A stretch of DNA of 27,387 bases from Candidatus Caldarchaeum sp. (lineage in GTDB: Archaea; Thermoproteota; Nitrososphaeria_A; Caldarchaeales; Caldarchaeaceae), in contig JAWBRA010000022.1 in assembly GCA_038844785.1 (NCBI GenBank), positions 1 through 27,387 of the forward strand, read 5' to 3'. This document shows, one piece after another, positions 1 through 9,325 of the stretch. A program made the position numbers and the translations under genes. The notes under the pieces are model-generated. The model saw only the letters and a list, made by a program, of their open reading frames with translations. It ran no database searches and had not been told where the DNA came from. Numbering within the stretch: position 1 is the first letter of the stretch; the number at the start of each line of letters is the position of its first letter.

Positions 1-126
1 TCTACAACAACATAAACTCAAAGACAGTAAAGAGTGTTGAGGAGATAGCAGCAGCAATAGCCCTAACACACAACACACTCATAAAAACCAAGACAGAAGG
101 AGGCGTATTACTTGGTTGACAGTACC
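1..126 (+). mobile_element. IS6-family element, right end (transposase C-terminus plus terminal inverted repeat), cut by the window edge
   Basis: Frame from position 3 reads YNNINSKTVKSVEEIAAAIALTHNTLIKTKTEGGVLLG* (stop 117-119), closely matching the C-terminus of the transposase at 9333-9992 (FHNNINSKKVKSIEEIASAIALIHNTLLNTQREGGVIPG*). It ends in GGTTGACAGTACC, the reverse complement of the IR at 9326. Confidence 0.9.
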
Positions 127-396
127 GAGCAGAAGATCCACATCTTTTTTAGCTGGTCTCTCCGCAAGCCATGAACCCATCCCTGCCGCAACCAATTTTG
201 ATCTCACTTCTAAGTTGAGTCCATGCATGTCATGCTGTTGAATTTCCCTGAAGTGGTTGCGAGGGTTACGAGTGTGTCGAAGGGGCTGGAAAAAGCCTCC
301 CCATGGATATGGAAGCCTAAAGAACCTATACAAGCTTGAAACGGTGCCCAGACTTGGTCAGGTCCTGAAGGCCGTCACCAATACTCTAACACAGTG

Positions 397-750
397 TCAC
401 TTCATCAGCGTCCTCATCGGTCTTAGCTCTCTTCTGAGGGGGTCGAGGACGAGCCCGAATATTTCAAGCGTTACCGTTCCTAACAAATTTTCATCTTCAG
501 CTTCGCCAAGAAGAACAGGTGTGTGGTATTCACCAAAACTTGGAATCTCTATCGACGCCGCAGAAAGCTTCCTCCTTATTATAGAGCCGTCCGCGAGAAT
601 CAGCTCCACCTCCCTCTTAGGGGTGAGGCCGAGCTCTCGCCAAACGTCCTCCCGTAGCGTCGTATACGTAGCTCCAGAATCCACAAGAAGGTTTACCCTA
701 ACCTCCTTGCCTCCAGCCCTGACGTATGCCTCAACGTAAACCAGACCCAT
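397..750 (-). CDS. Clan AA (retropepsin-like) aspartyl protease, small archaeal type
   Basis: LLVDSGATYT catalytic motif, LADGS flap-like motif and C-terminal LLG..TLEIFGLVLDP. ATG at 750 chosen over TTG at 756. Confidence 0.85.
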   Translation of the reverse strand: MGLVYVEAYVRAGGKEVRVNLLVDSGATYTTLREDVWRELGLTPKREVELILADGSIIRRKLSAASIEIPSFGEYHTPVLLGEAEDENLLGTVTLEIFGLVLDPLRRELRPMRTLMK

Positions 751-933
751 CTCCAAAATACGTGAAAAGTTGCAGTTAAATTAACATTGCCCACAGGTCG
801 GTCGGTTTGGTACGACTTTGTTGGAGGCGGTTTATCTATATTCCTAAACTATATGGCCCGGCGGGTTTAACCTGGCTACCCTACCCCGCTGTTTGGCTGT
901 TTACAGGTTATGCTTTGGTTTTAATTATATCTT

Positions 934-1851
934 TTACTGCTGTGATAGGGGGTTTTGGTTTACGAGCTTTGAGATTTTTGCGTTTGCCATTCTTCCGTAT
1001 GCTATGGCGATAGCAGTTGCGTCCAACTCTCTTAAACCCATTTGGGCTGTTGCGGTGAAGAGTTCTTTAACAAGTGAGGCGAGGGGCATGGGTGTTTCAT
1101 TATCCTTTGCCATATCCAAAACCAGCCTTAGGTCTTTCACAGCCACGTCTACTGTTGCTACTGGGCTCCACTCGTCTTTTATTATTTTCTCAGCCTTGTA
1201 CTCTGTGACATAGTTCTTGAAAACCGTGTTGTTGAAGATGTCCGTGAGCATTTTTGGGTTTACCCCTAATTTTGAAGCAAGAACCACGCATTCGGAGAAG
1301 CTAGCGATGTTGGTCCACAAATAAAGGTTGAGGATTAGCTTTACCGCCATGGCTGAACCTATGTCGCCGACATAGATTATTTTCTGGCTTGTTGTTTTGA
1401 GAATGGGTGTGACAGTGTCGACGGACTCCTTTCTGCCCGCTGTTAAGATTGTGAGCATAGCCTGCTCCGCCACAAATGTTCCCCCTATCACAGGTGCTTC
1501 AACGAAATCAGCATCTTTAGCCCTGATCTTCTCAGCGATTCTCCTCGTGACTGCTGGAGTGTTTGTGCTCATGTCTACGACTATCTTGTCATGAGATAAC
1601 CCTTCCAACACGGAAGACTCTGTTCCAGTTAACACATACTCTGTAACCTCTGGGTTTAACAGCATGCTGAATACAACGTCTGTAGTTTCGGCTACTTCCT
1701 TGGGGGATTCAGCTAAGCGTGCTCCAAGCTTAGTTAGTTCCAAAGCCTTCGAACGTGTCCTGTTCCAAACAACGACCTCCAAACCGTTATTTAACATGTT
1801 CTTCGCTATCCGCTCGCCCATACGCCCTAAACCGATGAAACCTACCTTCAA
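934..1851 (-). CDS. NAD(P)-dependent beta-hydroxyacid dehydrogenase (3-hydroxyisobutyrate dehydrogenase / tartronate semialdehyde reductase family)
   Basis: GFIGLGRMG Rossmann motif, WNRT, VDMSTN, EAPVIGG (canonical DAPVSGG), catalytic Lys in AVKLILN, and KDL motif. Confidence 0.9.
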   Translation of the reverse strand: MKVGFIGLGRMGERIAKNMLNNGLEVVVWNRTRSKALELTKLGARLAESPKEVAETTDVVFSMLLNPEVTEYVLTGTESSVLEGLSHDKIVVDMSTNTPAVTRRIAEKIRAKDADFVEAPVIGGTFVAEQAMLTILTAGRKESVDTVTPILKTTSQKIIYVGDIGSAMAVKLILNLYLWTNIASFSECVVLASKLGVNPKMLTDIFNNTVFKNYVTEYKAEKIIKDEWSPVATVDVAVKDLRLVLDMAKDNETPMPLASLVKELFTATAQMGLRELDATAIAIAYGRMANAKISKLVNQNPLSQQ

Positions 1852-1952
1852 GTCTACGGGGGATTATTCCCGCACTATTTAAAAAATACTCACTAGTCTC
1901 GAACTCAGCTCTGACCAAAGCTCTGCATGCGTCTGAGACTGCCTAGCTATGC

Positions 1953-2873
1953 TTAGACGACGTATCTCTCCATTTCTAGTATTCTTCTAGCTATCCTAAT
2001 AGTTGCGTCGTCAACCATTATTCCGTCTACTGAAATGGCTCCCTTCCCCTCTTTTGAAGCCTTTTCATAAGCTTGAATAATCTTCCGAGCTCTTTCAACC
2101 TCCTCCCTAGTAGGGGTGTAAATTTTATTACATATTTCTATCTGACTCGGATGTATTACCCATTTACCGTCGAAGCCCAGGCTTTTGGAAAGCTTAGCGG
2201 ATTTTACGAGCCCATCTAAGTCTGTGTAAAGGGCGTATGGGCCGTCTATAGCTTGCAGGCCAGCCGCTGCTGAAGCATTCCTTATGGTGAAAAGCGGGTA
2301 ATGCCATATATGGCCTGGATATTCCTCTGCGAGCCCGCCAATCACCAAAGAAGACATACCGACGCAGGAGGCATAATCGCCTGGCCCAAAGATGAAAGAC
2401 TCCAGCCTTAGGCTGCTGAATGCTATGTCTCCACTGCGCAGTAGCCCCTCAGCTGTCTCTATAATTGCTTCTAATCCTATGCGTGAATCTATGCCGAGCT
2501 CATCTTCTAGAGTTCCTAAGGTTTTATCGACTGTCTCGATGTCGGCTGGTCTGTTGACTTTCGGCACGACTACACAGTCTATCTTACTACCAACTCTGTT
2601 GAAAATGTATTGGAGGTCGTCGTTCCAGAATTTCGTTTCTACCGAATTTATTCTTAAAGCTATGGTCTTCTCTTTTTTCTCGACATTACTTAAAACTTCA
2701 ACAACGTTTTGTCTCGCTGTTTGTTTATGTTGCTCGGGAACGGATGCTTCAAGGTCGAAGATAACTTCGTCCGCCGCAGTCTCCAGAAGTGCTTTCTTCA
2801 TCATCTTAAGGCTGACAGCAGGCGTGACCAACTCGGTTCTTCGAATCCTGCGTCTAACCTGATGACGGCTCAT
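1953..2873 (-). CDS. CitE-like CoA-ester lyase (HpcH/HpaI aldolase/citrate lyase family; malyl-, citramalyl- or beta-methylmalyl-CoA lyase-like)
   Basis: DLEASV (canonical DLED), LRINS, VPKV, IIETAEG, FGPGDY, IDGPY, GFDGKWVIHPSQI and DGIMVD motifs. Start placed at ATG 2873 (MSRHQV). Confidence 0.9.
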   Translation of the reverse strand: MSRHQVRRRIRRTELVTPAVSLKMMKKALLETAADEVIFDLEASVPEQHKQTARQNVVEVLSNVEKKEKTIALRINSVETKFWNDDLQYIFNRVGSKIDCVVVPKVNRPADIETVDKTLGTLEDELGIDSRIGLEAIIETAEGLLRSGDIAFSSLRLESFIFGPGDYASCVGMSSLVIGGLAEEYPGHIWHYPLFTIRNASAAAGLQAIDGPYALYTDLDGLVKSAKLSKSLGFDGKWVIHPSQIEICNKIYTPTREEVERARKIIQAYEKASKEGKGAISVDGIMVDDATIRIARRILEMERYVV

Positions 2874-3121
2874 GACAGCTACACAGACTGTAATCAAATA
2901 TTAAAAATATAAGACGTTTTCCAGAATCTCTTCACGGTCTATGTATCTCAAGTCGGACGTGGTAGCATACACATACGAAGCCGTTGTAGAGCTTACCTGC
3001 GGAGCTGTGGATAACATGTTTTTGGAACGAGCGGTCTCACGAATATTGTAGAAAGGTCTACTGCAAATTTAGCTGTGCTTGGTTTTTAAAATATAAATGT
3101 CTCTCCGAATTTCTATGCAAC

Positions 3122-4411
3122 ATGTCCAGCTACAACGTTGGCGAGATGGGTTTTCCAGAAAACACACCGTTGGGAAGGCTTGATTTTGACAGAATGCTTC
3201 GTGAGAAACTCGCTAGGGCGAGGGAGAAGATGAAGCAGTATGGTCTCAGCGCAATTATTTGCACAACCGATATAAATGTAGGATACTGCACAAATGTTCC
3301 ACCTATTTTTCCTGGGGGAATGGCTGTAGGAGGTAACAGATACGCTATTCTTCCCATCGAAGGTGAGCCTGTGCTCTTTGAAGAATGCAACACTGCCTAT
3401 GTCCTCAAGCATACAATGTCCAGCATTAGAGTTGAATATTCGATACCAGGCTCAGGCGGCCCACATCTAGCCAGCGCCGCCGAAGCACAGGAATATCTAA
3501 CCAGGGAATGGGCTGAACAGTTAGCATCCGTGCTGAGGGAGTATAAGCTTCACAGAGAAAAGGTGGGTATAGATGTCGTCTCGCCCCCGCTGATCGAGGC
3601 TTTGAGGAAAGCTGGGCTGGACGTGACTCCGGACGGTGGCAAAGCTCTTTTAGAGTCTAGGATGGTAAAGACGTCGGTGGAGCTGCAGTGTATAAGGGCT
3701 CTGGCAGCGATTATAGACGGGGTTTTCGCAACACTAGCCAACAACCTTAGACCAGGTGTTACGGAGAAAGAAATATTCGCTAAATGTGTGGCGTACGCAA
3801 TCGAGCAGGGAGTGACGCCTTACGGAGGGTTCATAGTATCAGGCCCGCACACATGGCCTAAGGACAACTCACGCCCGTTTAGCGGTAGGAGAATAAGGCC
3901 TGGGGAGGTAGTGTACGCAGACTTCTTTAACTTCAGCCTGAACGGTTACAAATCATGCTATTACAGGACTTTCGTCGTCGGGAAAGCATGGAAAGAGCTT
4001 AAGGAGACTTACGAAAGAGTTTACAGCTGGCTGAAGGAGGCTGAGAAGAAGGTCAGACCCGGCAATACAACTAAAGACATTGTGGAAAGCTGGCCGGATG
4101 AAGACAGCCTCTGGTCTGAAAAGCCACCCTACATAAAAACAGAGAGGGAGAAACTCTCAACGTTCTGGATGAACATGGGTCACGGGATTGGGTTGGGCCT
4201 GTATGAACCGCCGTTTTTCTGGCGTCCTGTTGCATTAAAATGGCCTCAGAAGCTTGAGGCAAACATGGCTATAGCCCTTGAAACACTTGACTGCACCCCT
4301 GACGGCAAATCAGGTGTAAGAATAGAGGACATGATCATAGTCACTGAGTACGGTCACGAAATTATAAGCAAGTGGCCTGCCGAAGAAATAACGGAGGCCC
4401 CTCTCTTTTAG
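3122..4411 (+). CDS. M24-family (Xaa-Pro peptidase / creatinase fold) hydrolase or lyase with an atypical metal site
   Basis: Creatinase-like N-terminal domain, RMVKT..EL, YAD...GYKSCYYRT, GHGIGLGLYEPP, ALET and GVRIEDMI. AT-rich TATA-like box at ~3085-3097. Confidence 0.88.
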   Translation: MSSYNVGEMGFPENTPLGRLDFDRMLREKLARAREKMKQYGLSAIICTTDINVGYCTNVPPIFPGGMAVGGNRYAILPIEGEPVLFEECNTAYVLKHTMSSIRVEYSIPGSGGPHLASAAEAQEYLTREWAEQLASVLREYKLHREKVGIDVVSPPLIEALRKAGLDVTPDGGKALLESRMVKTSVELQCIRALAAIIDGVFATLANNLRPGVTEKEIFAKCVAYAIEQGVTPYGGFIVSGPHTWPKDNSRPFSGRRIRPGEVVYADFFNFSLNGYKSCYYRTFVVGKAWKELKETYERVYSWLKEAEKKVRPGNTTKDIVESWPDEDSLWSEKPPYIKTEREKLSTFWMNMGHGIGLGLYEPPFFWRPVALKWPQKLEANMAIALETLDCTPDGKSGVRIEDMIIVTEYGHEIISKWPAEEITEAPLF

Positions 4412-4430
4412 TTAGACATCTGCTTGACAG

Positions 4431-5636
4431 CTATGATAAAGATCGTATTCTAGGCTTTGCCTGCGATAACCATGCGAAAAAGAAGGTCAGGGAACATAGG
4501 CAAATGAATAACACGTATAACTGCCATGCAACCCAGTAGCTTAAGATGTCTGCACTGTGGCCGAAAACGAATGGGCCTAAAGCGTTTCCAAAAGCAAGGA
4601 AAAAGTAGGTCATCCCACTTGTTGTGCCAACACGATCTGCACTAAAAAGCTCTGATCCAACCGTGAACACCACCCCAATACTTCCGAAGAGAAAGAAACC
4701 AAGAAAGGCAAGTGAAACTGCAGCAATCCATGTCTCAGACCTAACAGAGAAAAGAAAAACAGCCGAAGCCAATGCTGCAATAGCGCTTGCCAAGAAGAGA
4801 ACCATTACTCGTAGTTTTCTGAAAAACCTATCGGCCAAAACACCAAGACCTATCCTACCCAAAATGCTGAAGAACTGAACCAAGGCCAACATGAATCCGG
4901 CCTCGACAACACTCAAACCTACATCACGCGTAAGAAAGAGAGGTAGATGCGTCAACATGGCGAACATGGAGAAGCCTAAACCGAACGAGCCAAGCAAGAA
5001 CAGAACGGTTCCCCTACTAAACATAGCTCTAAATATGTAGTTCTCAGCCTCTGCCTTCCTCTGGTTGTTCACACGTACATAATTCAGCAAGATCAACGGT
5101 ATAGCTGCAGCGGCTATGGCTGCGGCAGCCATAAACGCTAAATGAGGTTTAGAAGCGACCGCTATCGGTGGTAGAATTAGCGAGGCTAGAGCGCTTCCGC
5201 TGGATGTCCCTGTCTGCTTAATCCCTAAAGCTGTTGCCCTTTCCTTTTGTTCGAAAATTATCGCAACCATTTTTGTGCTGAGCGGTCCCGAAACAGAATA
5301 GCCGATACCCATGATTAGCACGATGACAACCGCGGTAACAAAGTCCTTGACCAATGCCAGTAAAACCAAACCTAACGAAAGTATGCAGATTGAAAAAATC
5401 ACCAAAAGCTTCTCCCTAACCCTATCGGTTAGAAATCCTGAGGGAAGCGCTACGACAGCCGTGGACAGATAAAGCGCGAACATCAGCAGGCCTGCTTTGC
5501 CCGCGGTCAACCCAAGTTCGGAGCTGATTAAAGGCAGCAGGGGTGGTAGTGAAAGGGCGGCGAATGAGCATGTATGCTGATAGACATAGGCAGCGAGCAA
5601 GCATTTTTGCTTGGCAGTCACAATCTTTTTCAGCAC
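4431..5636 (-). CDS. MFS transporter
   Basis: About 12 hydrophobic segments, motif A in both halves (SGFLTDRVREK, GVLADRFFRK) and ERATALGIKQTG. Confidence 0.9.
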   Translation of the reverse strand: MLKKIVTAKQKCLLAAYVYQHTCSFAALSLPPLLPLISSELGLTAGKAGLLMFALYLSTAVVALPSGFLTDRVREKLLVIFSICILSLGLVLLALVKDFVTAVVIVLIMGIGYSVSGPLSTKMVAIIFEQKERATALGIKQTGTSSGSALASLILPPIAVASKPHLAFMAAAAIAAAAIPLILLNYVRVNNQRKAEAENYIFRAMFSRGTVLFLLGSFGLGFSMFAMLTHLPLFLTRDVGLSVVEAGFMLALVQFFSILGRIGLGVLADRFFRKLRVMVLFLASAIAALASAVFLFSVRSETWIAAVSLAFLGFFLFGSIGVVFTVGSELFSADRVGTTSGMTYFFLAFGNALGPFVFGHSADILSYWVAWQLYVLFICLCSLTFFFAWLSQAKPRIRSLS

Positions 5637-5707
5637 CGGTCCCTCAACGTTGAATTGCCAGTGCGGTGGATACTATACGCTCACATAAGCTTTTCTCTTT
5701 TTAACAA

Positions 5708-6224
5708 GGGACTGTCAACTTAGGTCTATGGCCTGGGCCTTCCCATTCGTTGGGGGTGGATAGAGTTGGGGTTGGCCTAGGCCGTCTTATGGTAGAAGTG
5801 TCTTTTTCCGTCTCAGGACGCCTCCGTGGGTGAGGGCTCTCGGCGTTAGGCTGTATGTGGAGGGGCTTAGCCTCAGGAAGGTGGCTGGTATATTGGGCGG
5901 GCTAGGATTCAAGGTAAGCCATGGGTCTGTCAGGGATTGGTTCAACAGGGCTGGTGAAGCCTTCTCATCTATAGCTAGGCGTGGACCGATAGCCGTAGAC
6001 GAGACAGTAATCCATAATCTCGCCCGGATAGGGCTCCATGGTACGTATGAAGGTTCTGGGCTTGAGGAGGAGGGTGGAGACGTTCGGCAGGAGAAACACG
6101 ATAGAGTCTTGGTTCAGCAAACTCAAGAGGAGGATAAAACAGTTCAACACATACCTCCCAACATACAGGCCTAAGGTATCAGAGAAGTGGATAAGGGCAT
6201 GGGTGACCTTAAGTTGACAGTCCC
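5708..6224 (+). mobile_element. Internally deleted, non-autonomous IS6-family element (517 bp)
   Basis: Perfect 15-bp terminal IRs GGGACTGTCAACTTA (5708) and TAAGTTGACAGTCCC (ending 6224). Contains transposase pieces GLSLRKVA...VRDW and IAVDET, then out-of-frame DRAPWY and ETFGRRNTIESWFSKLKRRIKQFN. Confidence 0.9.
5830..6217 (+). pseudogene. IS6 transposase pseudogene
   Basis: The HTH and first catalytic Asp are followed almost directly by the second-Asp motif. The roughly 50-aa segment between them in the intact 9333-9992 protein is missing and the frame is broken. Confidence 0.85.
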
Positions 6225-6278
6225 ACATACTGTGTGAAAAAACTATAAAGACTGGAGAAATCACCCTCCATACGTTCT

Positions 6279-7751
6279 ATGATTTTTGACAGGGTTAAAG
6301 ACACTGACTTGAGGAATAAAATAAAGGATGCTTTAACCACGGTCAGGGATTTTTTCAACGATGGTGTAAGCGTTGCGTTCTCCGGGATGGCTGGAACAGC
6401 TGTGCCGAAAGAGATACCTAAAGCCATAGCTGAGATATCCAGGGAAAGAGGTGAAGGGCTCAGGATAAGAGCGCTTCTCGTGGCCGGAACAACCACGAAC
6501 AGCTTTGAGGAGTGCCTGTCTATGTCCAACGTGGAGGCAAGATACCTCATAGCCGGAGGCGGTGTTATGAGGGAGAGGGTAAACCAAGGGACGATAGAGT
6601 TCTTCGACTGCTGGCTGTCAGAGTATAGCCGGCTTGTGAGACATTCTGTAATTCCTAGCGGGGGTTTAGACATAGCGGTCATAGAGGCGACATACATCGA
6701 TGAGAACGGCAATATCATACCCTCGCTTTCGCTGGACTGCATCCCGGCCATCGTCAGCGCAGCTAAGATGGTTATAGTGGAGGTAAACACTCAGAAACCA
6801 GCTCTCAAAGGAATTCACGACATATACACCCCAGAACCCCGTACACCGATACCAATACGGCATGTGGGTGACCGTGTAGGCGTACCTTACCTGAGAATTC
6901 CTAAGTCAAAGATCTCATCTATAGTAATCAGCGAGGCCCAGGAGGAGTATGCGGCTGCCTACCAGCCTCCTACAAGGTTAGAGGAAAACATTGCACGTAA
7001 CATAATAGAGTTTCTAGAATCCTCTGAAGAGATGAAGGAGAACATGGTGCTCCAAGCGGGTGTCGGGCCTGTAGCAAGCCAGCTCGTTGACGAGCTTCCG
7101 CCGAAACATGTCTCGGTTTGGACCGAGGTGGCTCCAGCGAAGTGGGCGTTGGCAATTCCAGAAAAAATCAACAGCATGAGTACTGCTTGCTTGTACACTT
7201 TGAAGGGTGAGGAAAAGTTCAGGGATGAGTTTTACGAAAGTTTTGACAAGCTTTTCAAACACATAGTGATAAGACCATATGAGGTGACTAACTCGTTGGA
7301 GGTTATATCGAGGCTTCAGGTCATCTGCGTACAACAAGCTCTTGAAGTCGATTTGTACGGTAACACAAACGTCTCCCACATAGACGGGAAAATACATAAC
7401 GGTGTGGGCGGCTCCGGCGACTTTACACGTGCATCGCATCTGACTATTGTAGCCCTACCGTCAACGGCCGCTGGCGGAAGGGTTTCGAGGATAGTACCGT
7501 TTACACTCCACACCGACGTGGTAGAACACGACGTGGACGTTGTTGTCACTGAACAGGGATGGGCGGACTTACGAGGCCTGTCGCCAAGGAGAAGGGCGAG
7601 CCTTATAATCGAGAGATGCGCTCACCCAGACTTCAGAGACGAGCTTTACAAATACCTAACCGCAGTCAAGAAGCTTGAAGGACATGCGCCAGTAGATTTG
7701 GGAGCGTTTGCACAATTCCTTCAAACAAAAGCAAGCATTAAAAAGCATTAG
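6279..7751 (+). CDS. Acetyl-CoA hydrolase/transferase family CoA transferase (AarC/Cat1 succinate CoA-transferase-like)
   Basis: LDIAVIEAT, IVEVN, GIHDIY, LQAGVG, catalytic-Glu motif WTEV, EVDLYGNTN, NGVGGSGDF and VVVTEQGWADLRGLSP. TATA-like CTATAAA at 6243-6249. Confidence 0.92.
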   Translation: MIFDRVKDTDLRNKIKDALTTVRDFFNDGVSVAFSGMAGTAVPKEIPKAIAEISRERGEGLRIRALLVAGTTTNSFEECLSMSNVEARYLIAGGGVMRERVNQGTIEFFDCWLSEYSRLVRHSVIPSGGLDIAVIEATYIDENGNIIPSLSLDCIPAIVSAAKMVIVEVNTQKPALKGIHDIYTPEPRTPIPIRHVGDRVGVPYLRIPKSKISSIVISEAQEEYAAAYQPPTRLEENIARNIIEFLESSEEMKENMVLQAGVGPVASQLVDELPPKHVSVWTEVAPAKWALAIPEKINSMSTACLYTLKGEEKFRDEFYESFDKLFKHIVIRPYEVTNSLEVISRLQVICVQQALEVDLYGNTNVSHIDGKIHNGVGGSGDFTRASHLTIVALPSTAAGGRVSRIVPFTLHTDVVEHDVDVVVTEQGWADLRGLSPRRRASLIIERCAHPDFRDELYKYLTAVKKLEGHAPVDLGAFAQFLQTKASIKKH

Positions 7752-7878
7752 ATGGTTGAGAACTTTTAGGCAGTGACTAAACATGCTTAGATTGCTAGGA
7801 GGTAATGTTGAGGGTCTAAAAACTTACGCATATACATTTGTAAAAATATTTATATCCTATCAATCGTTGAAATCCCAT

Positions 7879-9279
7879 ATGAGCGGGACAGGCCAAACAA
7901 GAAGGCGGGTCATCACTACTATCGGAGCTGGTGTCGTTGGCGTGGTCATAGGAGGAGCGGCAGCGAGCCTTTTAGGAGGTGGAACAGCGGCTGAGAAGAC
8001 AGTCACAATAACTGGGCCACGTGAGACAGTAACACAGCCAGGTCCTACGATAACACGTACTGCAGAAGTAACAAAAACAGTCGAAAGAACATTGACAGTT
8101 GAAAAACAGTATCCACAAGCTCCAGCTGAAATCCGAGTGGGCTATTCGATTTCACTTACCGGGCAGTATGCCGCGACAGCGAAAAGACAGCATGACGGTG
8201 TGTTATTGTGGGCTGACTGGGTAAACAGGCAGGGGGGGCTTTTTGTCGCCGAATACAATAAAAAGATACCTGTGAAGCTGATATTCTATGACGACGAATC
8301 CAACACGGAGAGGGCTATAGTGCTCTATGAAAAGCTGATAACAGAGGACAAGGCACATGTCCTGTTAGGGCCCTACGGCAGCCCGCTAACCGCTGCCGTA
8401 GCTCCGATAGCTGAAAAACATAAAAAAGTTTTGATCACCAGCATGGGGGCCGATGACTACATTTTCGAGCAGGGCTACAAATACATAGTCCAGCCTCTAA
8501 CACCAGCAAGCCAATATCTCTACAGCTCGATAGATTTTCTGAAGGCTACTGATCCAGCAGCCAAAAGAATAGCCGTTATTTACAGAGATGTTGCCTTCAC
8601 TAAGGTGGCTGGTGAGAGCGCCGTCAATTACGCTAGACAACAAGGTTTTAACGTTGTTTACGTCAAGTCATATCCTGACAGAGTGTCTGACCTCTCCTCG
8701 ATTCTCTTAGAAGTCAAGGCCGCAAACCCGGACGCCCTATTGATAGGATCCCACATAGCTGACGGCACTCTTGCGGTTAGACAGCTTAAAGAGCTGGACA
8801 TAAACCTAAAGTTCGTAAGCGTTACGGTAGCGATAACTGAGCCGGCGTTCGTAGAAGGCGTCGGCGGATACAGGGCCGTAGAGGGATTGGCAGGACCTTC
8901 TCAATGGGAGGTAGGATATAAGGTCCAAAGGATTGACTATGGTCCCACAGCCGACGAGCTCATTGCATCATACGTTGCTAAATACAATGTTGAGCCAACA
9001 TACCACTCGACAGGCGGTTTCGCCGGCGCTCTATATCTGGGATACGTAATAGAGAAGGCTGGAACACTGGACAACGATAAGATAAGACAGTTTTTCAACA
9101 CGATGACGCTTTCGACAATGTACGGTGACTTTAAGATAGACCCGGCGACAGGCAAGCAGTTGGCGCATAAGATGGTCCTGGTGCAGTGGCAGGGAGGAAA
9201 GAAGGCGATAATATGGCCTCCTGAAGGAGCGACGGCAAAACCCACCTATCCGCTGCCTACGTGGGGCTCGAAAAAGTAA
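7879..9279 (+). CDS. Liv-type (branched-chain amino acid family) ABC transporter substrate-binding protein, probably Tat-exported and membrane-anchored
   Basis: N-terminal TRRRVI plus a hydrophobic helix, Thr/Val-rich linker, then SISLTGQYA, YDDES, YEKLITEDK and LLGPYGS. ATG 7879 has TTTATA ~25-30 nt upstream. Confidence 0.9.
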   Translation: MSGTGQTRRRVITTIGAGVVGVVIGGAAASLLGGGTAAEKTVTITGPRETVTQPGPTITRTAEVTKTVERTLTVEKQYPQAPAEIRVGYSISLTGQYAATAKRQHDGVLLWADWVNRQGGLFVAEYNKKIPVKLIFYDDESNTERAIVLYEKLITEDKAHVLLGPYGSPLTAAVAPIAEKHKKVLITSMGADDYIFEQGYKYIVQPLTPASQYLYSSIDFLKATDPAAKRIAVIYRDVAFTKVAGESAVNYARQQGFNVVYVKSYPDRVSDLSSILLEVKAANPDALLIGSHIADGTLAVRQLKELDINLKFVSVTVAITEPAFVEGVGGYRAVEGLAGPSQWEVGYKVQRIDYGPTADELIASYVAKYNVEPTYHSTGGFAGALYLGYVIEKAGTLDNDKIRQFFNTMTLSTMYGDFKIDPATGKQLAHKMVLVQWQGGKKAIIWPPEGATAKPTYPLPTWGSKK

Positions 9280-9303
9280 GACAGCTGACCCGCAAAACCT
9301 ACT

Positions 9304-9312
9304 CCTTTTTTA
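9304..9312 (+). terminator. Possible oligo-T archaeal terminator after the substrate-binding protein gene
   Basis: CCTTTTTTA about 25 nt after the stop codon. Confidence 0.35.
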
Positions 9313-9325
9313 AATCGTTGTATAG

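Noticed and set aside
79-396. ORF 79-333 (-) and the start of ORF 257-739 (+)
   Set aside because: No recognisable motifs. The first runs into the IS end and the second is antisense to the aspartyl protease. May be decayed sequence.
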